Below, one piece after another: positions 52,658 to 62,025 of a stretch of DNA of 64,000 nucleotides. Within the stretch, counting starts at the first letter, position 1. Each line of letters starts with the position of its first letter. Source of the DNA: Campylobacterota bacterium (GTDB lineage Bacteria > Campylobacterota > Campylobacteria > Campylobacterales > Nitratiruptoraceae); contig PUXX01000042.1 in assembly GCA_009659895.1 (NCBI GenBank), forward strand, positions 4,209 to 68,208, in the 5' to 3' direction. The notes under the pieces are model-generated. The model was not told where the DNA came from, did no database searches, and saw nothing but the letters and a program-made list of their open reading frames with translations. A program made the position numbers and the translations under genes.

Positions 52658-53198
52658 GACCCTCCCTGAAATTTTTGATCATACACAGATAATCTTCGAT
52701 ATTTTCAAAGCGATGATTACCTCCATACTCCACAACTCTTCTTTGGTTGCTGTACTTTTTGAGAGCTTCTTGATAGTCTAGTACCTCGTCTCCTGTTTGA
52801 AGAAGCACCAAAAAAAGTCCCCTTTTGAGATTGGTGGTATCAAACTTCAAAAGCTCTTGGATATACTCCTCCTTCCACGCAAACTCCTCTCCATCACAAA
52901 AACGCCTCTGTGGACCCACAAAAGAGCTAAGGGTACGGTATGGTCTGGTAGATGGATTGATAAGGACCGCTCTTATCTCATGCTTTTGGGCCAGGTAGGT
53001 AGCATAGTAGCCCCCCAAAGAGGATCCGATCAAAAGATCGATGGGCTCTTTTTGGATCAGATCGTCCAAAAACCGAATGGCCCGAGCGGGGGCTATGGGC
53101 AGATCTGGAGCCAGCAGATCTTTGAAATAGGCCTTGAGTGCCTTGGATTTCTCACCCCATCCACACGACTTGAAGCCATGAATATAGAGCACCATCAA
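52635..53198 (-). CDS. YqiA-like alpha/beta-fold esterase
   Basis: YIHGF, GSSLGG, INP, GDEVLDY, GGNHRF. Confidence 0.9.
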   Translation of the reverse strand: MMVLYIHGFKSCGWGEKSKALKAYFKDLLAPDLPIAPARAIRFLDDLIQKEPIDLLIGSSLGGYYATYLAQKHEIRAVLINPSTRPYRTLSSFVGPQRRFCDGEEFAWKEEYIQELLKFDTTNLKRGLFLVLLQTGDEVLDYQEALKKYSNQRRVVEYGGNHRFENIEDYLCMIKNFREGHGGHRTF

Positions 53199-53533
53199 GG
53201 ATGCTCATAAAAGGAGTATGGTGTGGAGTAGTCGCTAAATTCAAAATAGACCTTTTTATGCTTCTCCTCCTTTTGGAGGATGCCGTCTAGATTGAGATCC
53301 AAGTAGCCATAGCCGTAGCGATAGGGTCTGGGACGATTGTCGTCGGTACCGTAGGCAGTGGAGATCTTGTCGATCTCCATGAATCTTCGCACGATCTTGC
53401 CACCGCTGTAAATCTCCAAGACACCGTTGGTACCTGTCCAGTTGACGATGGCACGGCCCAACTTATTTTGGGTCTCTTGGGTACAGCCCCCGAAGAAAAA
53501 TGCTACAATTGCAAAGGCGATCCAGATTCGCAT
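53195..53533 (-). CDS. Hypothetical lipoprotein
   Basis: Lipobox FGGC; extended -10 TGCTATAAT at 53555-53563. Confidence 0.75.
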   Translation of the reverse strand: MRIWIAFAIVAFFFGGCTQETQNKLGRAIVNWTGTNGVLEIYSGGKIVRRFMEIDKISTAYGTDDNRPRPYRYGYGYLDLNLDGILQKEEKHKKVYFEFSDYSTPYSFYEHP

Positions 53534-53576
53534 GTTTCATCCTTTTTTATCGCTATTATAGCAAAAAGGAGCTATT

Positions 53577-53768
53577 ATGAGCGGTTGGACATGCAGCCAC
53601 CAAAGAGGAGAGTTTTGCGATCTTCTCAAAAAACCTTGCGATCCAGGCGACAAGGGCTGTGTGCTCTATGGCAAAGCCCTCTTTAGCGATCCCAAAACTC
53701 CTAGCAACGAAGCGCTCAAACGACGCGAAGAGATAGAAAAACGAAGAAAGGAGAGAGGATATGAATAG
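53577..53768 (+). CDS. Small protein with four Cys and a charged helical tail
   Basis: AAGGAG RBS, C-x7-C-x6-C-x6-C spacing, overlaps the next gene. Confidence 0.7.
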   Translation: MSGWTCSHQRGEFCDLLKKPCDPGDKGCVLYGKALFSDPKTPSNEALKRREEIEKRRKERGYE

Positions 53769-54852
53769 ATACATCGTCTCAATTTTGCTTGCGACTTTTG
53801 CCCTGGCTTCCCATCAGTTCGCTCCAAACAAGGACTGTAAAGCCTGCCATCCCAAGATCTGGGAGGAGTATCAAAGCAGCCAACACGCAAACTCCACCAT
53901 CTTCAAAGATCCTATCCACCGTGCCGTGTGGGAAAAAAATCCGGCCAGTAAAAAGGGGGCCTATAAATGCGCCAAATGCCATACCCCAGCGGCAAACAAC
54001 CTCAAAGAGCTCATGGCTCCCAACGGTATCGGCCCAGATCCCGACAACCCCACCCAAAACGACGCGGTAGCCTGTGCCTACTGCCACCGCATCAAGGCTA
54101 TCAAGGAGGGATTGGCCACCAATACCAATATCATCGATCCGACACCAAAAAAGTATTTTGGCACCAGAAAAGAGCATATCAAATCCCCCTACCACGAAAT
54201 CGACACCTCCAATCCAAACTTCCTCAAGGGCAACGTCTGTATGGGATGCCACTCCCACAAACGCAATAAATTTGGTCTCAACGTCTGCTCCACCGACGAA
54301 AATAGAGAGATCGAAAATGCCAACTGTGTTAGCTGCCATATGCCAAAAGTCCGGGGCAGCGTCTCTACCATGCGCCAGACCAAAGATCACGCTTTTCATG
54401 GTTTTCCTGGAGCTCACAGCCACAACCAGATGCTCAAAAAATATGTGGATATTGAATTCATGCCCCATTTGAAAGGATTTGAGATAGCTCTCAACTCCAA
54501 AATCCCCCATGATCTTCTTTTGCATCCAGCAAGAGTGGCCTTTTTGAGAGTCAAGGTGATCCGCAATGATAAAGAGATCTTGGACAAAAAAGAGATCTTG
54601 GTCCGAGTCATTGGAGCCAATGGCAAGCCCACTCCACCATGGCTAGCAAAAGAGGTGGTCAAAGATACCATGCTCAAAGCAAACGAAAAGAGGGTCTTCA
54701 AATATGATCTAGAGCTTCAAAAAGGCGATAGAGTCCAGGCGATCCTGGGATATAGACTGGTCAAGCCTCCATTGGCGAAGAAGCTTGGACTAGACGATCC
54801 TTTGGCCACCAAGCCGATCATTTTGAAAAAAGAGGAGTTTGTGGTCCAGTGA
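53761..54852 (+). CDS. Periplasmic pentaheme c-type cytochrome
   Basis: Signal peptide; CKACH, CAKCH, CAYCH, CMGCH, CVSCH; C-terminal beta-rich domain. Confidence 0.92.
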   Translation: MNRYIVSILLATFALASHQFAPNKDCKACHPKIWEEYQSSQHANSTIFKDPIHRAVWEKNPASKKGAYKCAKCHTPAANNLKELMAPNGIGPDPDNPTQNDAVACAYCHRIKAIKEGLATNTNIIDPTPKKYFGTRKEHIKSPYHEIDTSNPNFLKGNVCMGCHSHKRNKFGLNVCSTDENREIENANCVSCHMPKVRGSVSTMRQTKDHAFHGFPGAHSHNQMLKKYVDIEFMPHLKGFEIALNSKIPHDLLLHPARVAFLRVKVIRNDKEILDKKEILVRVIGANGKPTPPWLAKEVVKDTMLKANEKRVFKYDLELQKGDRVQAILGYRLVKPPLAKKLGLDDPLATKPIILKKEEFVVQ

Positions 54853-54876
54853 CGTAAGAGCCCAGGCTCTTACGTC
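54851..54876. terminator. Bidirectional hairpin between the convergent cytochrome and thioredoxin genes
   Basis: Perfect 12-bp inverted repeat GACGTAAGAGCC-CA-GGCTCTTACGTC. Confidence 0.65.
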
Positions 54877-55202
54877 CCATCGAAATAGAGCTGATAGATC
54901 TTGGCAACTTTTTGCTCAAAGAGATCGATACTGATATTGCGTCCCTCTCTGGCGAACTCCTTACCATCAAAAAAGAGTAAAATAGCCGGCGCGCTCATGA
55001 TATTGAAACGGCCTGCTAGCTCTGGAGTATGGGCAATGTTGGCCTCATAGAGGGTGATTTTTGGGAAACGCCGCTCAAAAAGGCTCCTGATCTTTGGCTT
55101 GAGGGCTTCGCAGACGTTGCAATTGGGAGCGCTGATATACAAAAGGGCTGCTTCTTGTTTGATGGCATCTTCGATAGCTTCTATCTCATTGAGCCTCTTC
55201 AT
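54870..55202 (-). CDS. Thioredoxin-like protein
   Basis: CNVC active site, cis-Pro SAP, FFDGKE. Confidence 0.85.
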   Translation of the reverse strand: MKRLNEIEAIEDAIKQEAALLYISAPNCNVCEALKPKIRSLFERRFPKITLYEANIAHTPELAGRFNIMSAPAILLFFDGKEFAREGRNISIDLFEQKVAKIYQLYFDGT

Positions 55203-57309
55203 ATTCTACCTTTCGTCCGTTGTTGTCTACATAGCTCAAAAAATCACGATAGGTCTCATCACTGGCCAGTGTCCGCTCGTTGCCCAAGCAGATCAGCTTT
55301 CTTTTGGCTCTAGTCAAAGCGACATTCAAGCGTCTTAGATCTTTCAAAAAGCCGATATTACCCTCATCGTTGCTTCTGACAAAACTTATTAGGATGATCT
55401 CTTTCTCTCTTCCTTGAAATCCATCCACACTCTTGACCTCAATCACTCTATCCTCAAAATCCAAAAGTTTCTTGATCATCTTCACTTGAGCGGCATAAGG
55501 AGTAATCACGCCGATATGCTCCTCCTTAGCTCCCATCGCCAAAAGCTCATCGACAAGCTCTTTGACAGCCTGAGCCTCCTGGGGATTTTCGTAGCTTTTG
55601 CTGCGCTGCGCCTGGCGCTCTTGACCCTCTATATGGACAAAGACCACAGGCTCTTCGTCCAAGATCGTCTCAAATCGCTTTGGGGCCATGAGATGCAAAT
55701 CGGCGATGGTGTGATCCTTGACGCTCTCATCGGCGATGAGTTTGCCATCATAGAATCGCTCATTGCTAAATCCCATAATCTTTTCATGCATACGATACTG
55801 AATACGCAGCATCGACGATGAAATCCGCTCAATAAGCTCCTCAAAGAGGGAGACTTTAAGCTCCTTTTCGTCACTCACTACTGTGGGTGGCAGCTGCTTG
55901 TGGTCCCCGGCGATGACGAAAGAGGATGATTTCATGATAGGAATGAGGGTGGATGGGATCACCTGCTGGCTCCCCTCATCAATGACGCTGACATCAAATA
56001 TCTCTTCTTTAAGCATATCACTCATGATCATGGCATTGGTAGAGAGGACCACATCCGCTTCTTGGATGATCTTTTTGTAGATCTGCTCCTCCTCGAATTT
56101 CAAAGATTTTACCATGCTATCGACCTTGCGATCCCACTTGATCCACTGGGCCATCGACTGCATCGTCGCAACACTCACCCCCCTTTGACTCTTGCCTTTG
56201 GCTGCCAGGCTCAAGATGCGATCAAAGCTCATGCCTCTAGCTCTGGCCTGCGTGGGCTTGGAGTGCTCATCTCTTTTTTTGACCAGCATCCCCACCTCTT
56301 CCCATCCTCTCTTGATCGCCTGAGCTTCTAGACTCTTTTCATACTTGGCATGGATACTAAACTCCTCGAGCTCATGCAAGATCCTAGCAGGATGACCGAT
56401 CCGCACTAGACTCAAATCATGTTTTGCCAGACGCTGGAGCATATTGTCCACGGCAGTGTTGGAATCAGCGGTAGCTAGTACCTTTTTGCCCCTTTGCACC
56501 TCCTGCAAGATAAGCTCTATAAGCGTGGATGTCTTGCCTGTGCCTGGAGGTCCATGGATCAAAAAAGCTTCAGCGCCCAGAGCCTTTTGTACCGCCTCTT
56601 TTTGAGTCTCATTGAGCCTCGTTTTGGACTCAAAGGCCACTTTTTGGATCGGTTGGGGCTCCCAGATCCCCAAAGCGATATTGCGCATGCGGCGTCTCAA
56701 GCCTGTAGCGTGACGAAGGAGCTGGAGATTTTCCTCCATCCTTTTGAAAGTGACGTCGTTAATATAAAGATCGACTCTTATACCATCACCATAGACCCAC
56801 TTTGGCGGGCGCTGTTCAAAAGCTACGGTGATGTAGTTTCGCTTCACCTCGCTGACGGTACCGGTGAGATCGCTTTTGAGAGGATCGCCTCTGCTAATGA
56901 GGACAATATCGCCACTGCTTATTTCGGTATCGATAATTTTGCTGCGTCCAAATCGTACGAAGTAGAGATTGAGCCTGGAGGGCTCCTTGCTCCCCTTGAG
57001 GCCTAGTATGGCTCTGCCAAAGAGCTCACGCTCCTGCCCGCTTAGGCTTTTGATCTCACTAATGGTAGCTTCGATCTCGGCTCGACGCTCCTGATCGATA
57101 AGATAGCGATAGCGCTCCACAAAATCATGGACATAGATGATCTCTGTCTCTTCCTCTTTTGTGGGAAACATCTTTCGATCGATCTTCGTTTTGACCCTTT
57201 TTTTGAGGCAAAGGAGCGTTTTGGTATTGGCGTAGTAGATCTTTTTGATGTCGCTTAGTTTGATCTTGAGGCGCTTGAGAGCCTTTTGTAGCTCATAACC
57301 TTCCAGCAC
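55186..57309 (-). CDS. IGHMBP2/Upf1-like superfamily 1 helicase
   Basis: LNETQ, HGPPGTGKT, DSNTAVD, IDEGSQ, GDHKQLPP, QYRMH, VDGFQGREK, RRLNVALTRAK. Confidence 0.92.
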   Translation of the reverse strand: MLEGYELQKALKRLKIKLSDIKKIYYANTKTLLCLKKRVKTKIDRKMFPTKEEETEIIYVHDFVERYRYLIDQERRAEIEATISEIKSLSGQERELFGRAILGLKGSKEPSRLNLYFVRFGRSKIIDTEISSGDIVLISRGDPLKSDLTGTVSEVKRNYITVAFEQRPPKWVYGDGIRVDLYINDVTFKRMEENLQLLRHATGLRRRMRNIALGIWEPQPIQKVAFESKTRLNETQKEAVQKALGAEAFLIHGPPGTGKTSTLIELILQEVQRGKKVLATADSNTAVDNMLQRLAKHDLSLVRIGHPARILHELEEFSIHAKYEKSLEAQAIKRGWEEVGMLVKKRDEHSKPTQARARGMSFDRILSLAAKGKSQRGVSVATMQSMAQWIKWDRKVDSMVKSLKFEEEQIYKKIIQEADVVLSTNAMIMSDMLKEEIFDVSVIDEGSQQVIPSTLIPIMKSSSFVIAGDHKQLPPTVVSDEKELKVSLFEELIERISSSMLRIQYRMHEKIMGFSNERFYDGKLIADESVKDHTIADLHLMAPKRFETILDEEPVVFVHIEGQERQAQRSKSYENPQEAQAVKELVDELLAMGAKEEHIGVITPYAAQVKMIKKLLDFEDRVIEVKSVDGFQGREKEIILISFVRSNDEGNIGFLKDLRRLNVALTRAKRKLICLGNERTLASDETYRDFLSYVDNNGRKVEYEEAQ

Positions 57310-57380
57310 TTTTGGTAAAATAAAACAGCTCAGGCAAGACTCCTTATAGTTTTTGCAATTTTAATACAAAAAGGACAACG

Positions 57381-58127
57381 ATGCAAAAATCGATATTCAC
57401 CGCAGCCCTGGAGGACTTTTTGACAAAAAAGTTCCTCACCCTCACCTTCGCTCCATTCTTTCTTACGCTTTTGCTCTTTAGCTGGCTCTTTTGGGGCGCG
57501 GGAGGGGAGCTGCTAGATATCCTCTCCCAATTAGCCCAGGACCCAAACGCCATCCAAGATCCCGCGATCGCCAACTTTGTCCAGGAGCACCCCTGGATCG
57601 CCACTATTGCTAGCAGTGCAATTTTCAAGATACTCTTTGGTACAATTTTGGCCCTTTTGGGTACGCTGCTAGCGATCTTGCTCTCTACCGCGACCGCTAC
57701 GATCATCATGGGATTTTTCACCCCCACCGTCGTGCGTGAGATCCACAGACGCCACTACTCCCATATCCCGATCGAAGGGGGCATTGGGGCTTTGGAGTAT
57801 CTTTGGCTAGCTCTCAAGATCATCCTCAAATCCATAGGGCTCTTTTTGCTAGCTATTATTCTTTACTTCATCCCTCTTCTTAATGCCCTGGCCATCAATA
57901 TTCCCTTTTACTATCTCTTCCACTCCTTTTTGAGCCTGGATGTGGGTGGGGAGATCTATAGAGCAAAAGAGCTGGAGACGATCTTGAAACGATACCGTAC
58001 CAAAGTGATGGGGACGACAGCCATTCTCTATCTTATCACTCTTATTCCCTTTGCCGGGATGATCTTGCAGGTCTACTTCGTCAGTGTCATGGCCCATCTC
58101 TTTTTTAGGATCAAAGCAGATCAATAG
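57381..58127 (+). CDS. EI24/CysZ-like membrane protein
   Basis: Multiple TMs, GFFTPTVV, YFIPLLN, LIPFAG. Confidence 0.75.
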   Translation: MQKSIFTAALEDFLTKKFLTLTFAPFFLTLLLFSWLFWGAGGELLDILSQLAQDPNAIQDPAIANFVQEHPWIATIASSAIFKILFGTILALLGTLLAILLSTATATIIMGFFTPTVVREIHRRHYSHIPIEGGIGALEYLWLALKIILKSIGLFLLAIILYFIPLLNALAINIPFYYLFHSFLSLDVGGEIYRAKELETILKRYRTKVMGTTAILYLITLIPFAGMILQVYFVSVMAHLFFRIKADQ

Positions 58128-59428
58128 GCCCGATGTTTATCGAAGATGGCTTTGAAGGTCTTGAGTAAGATCACCAGATCTCCCCACAAAGACCAGTTGT
58201 AGACATACCACCGATCGATCAAGATCCGCTCCTGGAAGCTGAGCTCATTACGGCCCAGAACCTGCCACAGGCCGGTGATGCCCGGCTTGACGCTTAAGAT
58301 GATCTCCTTGTGCTCATCTAGCTTCTCCAACTCCTGGGGAATATAGGGCCTAGGGCCCACTAAACTCATCTCTCCTTTAAGAACATTGAACAACTGGGGA
58401 AGCTCATCGAGGGAGTATTGGCGAAGGAGTCTGCCCACTTTCGTCACCCTTGGATCATAGCCACGGAGTTTTCGATATGTGCGCCATTCCAAGGCCTTTT
58501 GGGGATGCGTTTTGAGATACTCTTCCAAAAGCTCTTGCGCATTTTCATGCATCGTACGAAACTTGAGCACTTCAAAGACCTTGCCCCCCTTTCCCAGCCG
58601 CTTTTGACGATAGAGTACCGAGCCTTGAGAGAGGTAGAGTACTCCTGCAATCACTCCCATCAAAGGGAGCGTAGTCACAAAAAAAAGCGCGGCTAGCAAT
58701 TTGTCACTGAGATCCTTGATAACAAGATTGAGAGGACTTGCTAGACGATTGGTCAAAAGCACCAGATTGGCTCTGCTCTCAAAGAGCTCCAAGATCTTGG
58801 ATTGGGAGAGATTGAAATCTTTGAGCAAAGGGATAAAGAGCAGTTCATGGTGCTTGCGAATCTCCTCTGTCAAGATCCGATCGACCTGATCGCTTTGAAG
58901 CTCACTGGCATTGACGAAGACACTTTTTGCACCATTGGAGGCCTCAACGTAGCCAAGATAGGAGTTTTCGAAGATACTTTTTTTTAAAAAGTCATCATCT
59001 CCATAGAGCTTGGCCTCCCTCTTCCACCATCCAATATGGAAGAAGAGCCATTTTAACAGACGTTTTTGCAGAGGCAAGAGCAGCGCCATAAAAAAGAATG
59101 TGGCAACTATGACGAATCTTGAGTAGTGCTCTACGCTTCTAGTAAGCGCAAGATAGGAAAAAACGATCAAAGCAGAGAGGATGATGCCCTGGAGAATCAA
59201 TCTAGTCTCCTGCCAAAAATCGTACCGATACCGATAGAGCCCCTCGTAGGCAAAAAGCGCTATTGGTACCAGATAGATCGGGATAAAGAGGAGGTACTTC
59301 TCAAAAGCGATATCGTTTGGCTCGATGATCCACGCCCGACTGTTGTAAGCCAAGAAAAGAGCCAGTGCGATCGTAGTCATATCTGCAATGATAAGTATCA
59401 ACGGCATCAATCTTTTAAAGAGTTTCAT
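58121..59428 (-). CDS. WbaP-type undecaprenyl-phosphate hexose-1-phosphate transferase
   Basis: Four N-terminal TMs, KFRTM, DPRVTKVG, SLDELPQ, GEMSLVGPRP, KPGITGLWQV. Confidence 0.9.
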   Translation of the reverse strand: MKLFKRLMPLILIIADMTTIALALFLAYNSRAWIIEPNDIAFEKYLLFIPIYLVPIALFAYEGLYRYRYDFWQETRLILQGIILSALIVFSYLALTRSVEHYSRFVIVATFFFMALLLPLQKRLLKWLFFHIGWWKREAKLYGDDDFLKKSIFENSYLGYVEASNGAKSVFVNASELQSDQVDRILTEEIRKHHELLFIPLLKDFNLSQSKILELFESRANLVLLTNRLASPLNLVIKDLSDKLLAALFFVTTLPLMGVIAGVLYLSQGSVLYRQKRLGKGGKVFEVLKFRTMHENAQELLEEYLKTHPQKALEWRTYRKLRGYDPRVTKVGRLLRQYSLDELPQLFNVLKGEMSLVGPRPYIPQELEKLDEHKEIILSVKPGITGLWQVLGRNELSFQERILIDRWYVYNWSLWGDLVILLKTFKAIFDKHRAY

Positions 59429-60509
59429 GGACGATCTTGTCTATTTTTTGTAAAAAATTCTTTTGAGAAAATTGTAGCGCAGACTCTCTTATCTTCTCAT
59501 GATCGAATCTTTGGCTCTCAAATCTTTCAATAGCCAATTGGATGCTTTTGGGATCTTGTCTTTTAAACACAATCCCACTTTTAGGAGTGACAATATCTCT
59601 AGCCCCACACACACCATAGGCGATCACCGGTGTGCCGCAAGCTAGCGCCTCGGCCATCACGATCCCAAAATCCTCTAAAGCCGCATAGACAAACCCTTTG
59701 GCCTTTCGCATCAGCTCCACCACCTCATCATCCTCTTTGTACCCAAGCACCTCCACATTTTCCTTCGCCATGTTCTTGATCCTCTCATACTCCTCTCCCA
59801 CTCCCACGACCTTAAGGCGCCTATTGGGCATCTGATTGAAGGCCTCGACAATGAGGGCCGTCTTTTTATAAGGTACAAGTCTAGAGAGTGTAAGATAGTA
59901 CTCCTCCTTTTGCCTACAGAGCGTAAATTTTTGGGTATCTACCGGTGGATGGACCACCACCGCCTCTTGATCGTAGATCCTGGCGATCCGATCCTTGACG
60001 CATGAGGAGTTGGCGATAAATCGGTCTATGGAATTACTTCTTTGACGATCCCATTTTCGAATAGATTCCAAAACTCTATCGACCACTGGACGTTTGATGG
60101 GTGATAGATGCCCAAGATACTCCTCCCTCAGATCCCAGGCGTAGCGAATGGGAGTATGGCAGTAGCAGATATGCTTTTGGTGGGGCTCTTTTTTGACCCC
60201 TTTGGCGAAGGCCCAGGAGGAGGAGATGATAAGATCATAGCCTCTTAAATCCAAGCTCTCTATCGCCTTTGGAAAGAGGGGAAGATAGTTGCGAAAAGCG
60301 CGGCGGGCAAAAGGAAGATGCTGGATAAAGGTGGTCTTGGCTTTTTTGCCAAATATCTTCTTGCGATCCTTTTGGTCCAAAAAATCGACCAGGGCAAAAA
60401 GATCGGCATCGGGGAAGAGACGAAGGAGCTCGATGAGGACCTTCTCCGCTCCGGCGATAGTCACAAGCCAGTCATGAACGATAGCGACTCTTATAGTTTC
60501 TTCTCCCAT
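59415..60509 (-). CDS. GT4 glycosyltransferase (WbaZ-like)
   Basis: VHDWLVTIAGAEKV, YCHTPIRYAWD, EDFGIVMAEALACG. Confidence 0.9.
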   Translation of the reverse strand: MGEETIRVAIVHDWLVTIAGAEKVLIELLRLFPDADLFALVDFLDQKDRKKIFGKKAKTTFIQHLPFARRAFRNYLPLFPKAIESLDLRGYDLIISSSWAFAKGVKKEPHQKHICYCHTPIRYAWDLREEYLGHLSPIKRPVVDRVLESIRKWDRQRSNSIDRFIANSSCVKDRIARIYDQEAVVVHPPVDTQKFTLCRQKEEYYLTLSRLVPYKKTALIVEAFNQMPNRRLKVVGVGEEYERIKNMAKENVEVLGYKEDDEVVELMRKAKGFVYAALEDFGIVMAEALACGTPVIAYGVCGARDIVTPKSGIVFKRQDPKSIQLAIERFESQRFDHEKIRESALQFSQKNFLQKIDKIVHETL

Positions 60510-61495
60510 TCCAAGGCACTCTTGCAAATAAGAGCCAGATCGTCATACTGAGGACGCCACGAGGTCTTTTGACGAAGTCTGGAGCTATCGGCGATGAGCG
60601 CTGCTGGATCCCCCGCTCTCCTATCGGTGACCACTACCTCAAAGTCTTGACCGCTTATCTCCTTCATAGTCTGGACTACTTCACTGACACTATATCCTCG
60701 ACCATATCCCACATTGAAGATATCGCTTTGATGATCTTCTAGATAATCCAGGGCCTCCAGATGAGCAAGACTTAGATCATCGACATGGATATAGTCTCGA
60801 ATACAGGTCCCATCAGCGGTCGGATAGTCATCACCAAAGATGTACATACGATCCCTCTTGCCCAAGGCGGTCTGGGCAGCTACCTTGATAAGATGGGTGG
60901 CGTTTTTGGTGGACTGGCCGATTTTTCCTCCCATATCAGCACCTGCTACATTGAAATAGCGAAGGGCAACATACTTAAATCCTTCATGGGCTTTTGCGGC
61001 ATCTTTGAGGACCTGTTCGCTCATCAATTTGCTGTGGCCATAGGGATTGATGGGAGCTGTGGGGGCATCCTCGGCTATGCCGGTTTGGGGAATGGACGCT
61101 GGTTCTCCATAGACAGCGGCAGTAGAGGAGAAGATAAATTTCCCTACGCCATTTTGAACAGCAGCCTGGATGAGATTGGCTGTATTTGCGGTGTTGTTGA
61201 GATAATATTTGAGTGGATTTTCCACCGACTCTGGCACCACCAAAGCCGCAGCAAAATGGATAATGGCATCAAATCCCTCCGCCACGAGATCGTGGGTTTG
61301 TTTCCAATCGCTAAGATCGAACTTTCGAAACTCAAAATCACCATAGTATTTCTTGAGTCTTCCAATCGTCTCTTCAAATCCAGTAGAGAGATTGTCCACG
61401 ACAGTGATCTTGTAATCTCCTCTTTTTAAAAGCTCCTTGGTCACATGGCTTCCTATATATCCAGCACCACCGGTAATAAGAATCTTTTGCATCAT
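60491..61495 (-). CDS. galE: UDP-glucose/GlcNAc 4-epimerase
   Basis: TGGAGYIGSH, FSSTAAVYG, YGHSK, LRYFNVAGA, RDYIHV. Confidence 0.95.
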   Translation of the reverse strand: MMQKILITGGAGYIGSHVTKELLKRGDYKITVVDNLSTGFEETIGRLKKYYGDFEFRKFDLSDWKQTHDLVAEGFDAIIHFAAALVVPESVENPLKYYLNNTANTANLIQAAVQNGVGKFIFSSTAAVYGEPASIPQTGIAEDAPTAPINPYGHSKLMSEQVLKDAAKAHEGFKYVALRYFNVAGADMGGKIGQSTKNATHLIKVAAQTALGKRDRMYIFGDDYPTADGTCIRDYIHVDDLSLAHLEALDYLEDHQSDIFNVGYGRGYSVSEVVQTMKEISGQDFEVVVTDRRAGDPAALIADSSRLRQKTSWRPQYDDLALICKSALEWEKKL

Positions 61496-62025
61496 TTTTT
61501 CTTTCTAAATTTTTTAAAGGCTTTGCTAAAATCTATGGCCGTAGAGCACGGCAGATCAAATTCATAGCGCTCATTGGTAAAGTCTGCGACCTTATCGAAA
61601 CGGCCATCAATGAGTTTATAAACTTTTGCCTTGAGCTCTCTTGGATAGACTAGGATATAGTATGGCACTTTCTCTTTTTCATAGATCTCAAACTTGATCT
61701 TCTCATCTCTTCTAGCAGTCTGGGGACATACGACTTCGACTACAATATGAGGCGCTTTTGTGATGAAATCTCCCTCTTCATCGCAAATAAGCGAAACATC
61801 GGGACGCACAACCGTATCTTCTTCTACGATCCAATCCTCTTCCAACACGACCAGACACTCTTCACACTCTAAATTTTCTCTTAATTGATAAGCGATCTCA
61901 AAAGCGATAGCTTGGTGCGTGATCATCGGGCTTGGAGCCATTGCTACCGGTTGACCATAGATAAGCTCCCAATCCCCCTCCCACTGCTTATAGTCCTCAT
62001 AGGTATAATACTCTATCGCGCACAT
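61492..62025 (-). CDS. Uma2 family PD-(D/E)xK endonuclease (copy 2)
   Basis: YTYEDY..WELIYG..MAPSP..HQ, RPD, VVEVV, EKIKFEIYE; start placed at MCAIEYY. Confidence 0.88.
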   Translation of the reverse strand: MCAIEYYTYEDYKQWEGDWELIYGQPVAMAPSPMITHQAIAFEIAYQLRENLECEECLVVLEEDWIVEEDTVVRPDVSLICDEEGDFITKAPHIVVEVVCPQTARRDEKIKFEIYEKEKVPYYILVYPRELKAKVYKLIDGRFDKVADFTNERYEFDLPCSTAIDFSKAFKKFRKKK

